A stretch of DNA of 64,000 nucleotides from contig JYFJ02001092.1 of NCBI GenBank assembly GCA_000934665.2, forward strand, positions 1 through 64,000, read 5' to 3'. The notes beneath the pieces are model-generated. The model was not told the DNA's origin, did not search any database, and saw nothing but the letters and a program-made list of their open reading frames with translations. A program made the position numbers and the translations under genes. Of this stretch, positions 63,851 to 64,000 are shown in pieces (positions within the stretch are counted from its first letter, which is position 1; each line of letters opens with the position of its first letter). The DNA is from Catajapyx aquilonaris (lineage: Eukaryota).

Positions 63851-64000
63851 GGGCCCTGAGAGAGGGATCAAACTACCTACTGACAAGAAAAATGAAACGC
63901 CACATGCAAGGCTCCTGGTTTTGTCCTCCATTCCCGCGTCCAATTTCTTCCATTTTTTGGGACGAATATTGTGTTCGCTCTTTTGTGAATTGCTTATCCT

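Noticed and set aside
1..64000. CRISPR arrays, operons, rRNA genes or an autonomous transposase/reverse transcriptase
   Set aside because: No regularly spaced direct repeats, no rRNA-like sequence, and no ORF with transposase, RT or Rep/helicase motifs were seen.

Overview
Eukaryotic (spliced, GT-AG introns, many only ~55-95 nt) genomic DNA, most likely arthropod given two ABCH-subfamily transporters and an invertebrate-type IGFBP-rP gene. Seven protein-coding genes were assembled by hand with consistent intron phases: mRpL15 (+), an IB-Kazal-Ig secreted protein (IGFBP-rP1/IGFBP7-like, +), P5CS/ALDH18A1 (+), a tail-to-tail pair of ABCH half-transporters (+/-), ELMOD3-like (-) and RhoBTB (+). 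Non-coding DNA carries several non-autonomous mobile elements: a hAT MITE with an exact 8-bp TSD, Tc1/mariner/pogo-type MITEs, fold-back palindromes, a tRNA-derived SINE in two copies, and a Helitron-like element with a nested SINE. No prokaryotic-type system (CRISPR, operon, defence island) is present, and I cannot demonstrate a wholly new system from sequence alone. The most interesting signals are: chained TA-NNN-TA motifs that look like transposon excision footprints, five intron gain/loss differences between the adjacent ABCH paralogues, a possible IB-domain-only isoform by intron retention, a candidate in-frame extra RhoBTB exon, and hairpin elements next to RhoBTB splice donors. Exon coordinates were read by eye and may be off by a base or two; family assignments rest on recalled motifs, not on database searches.
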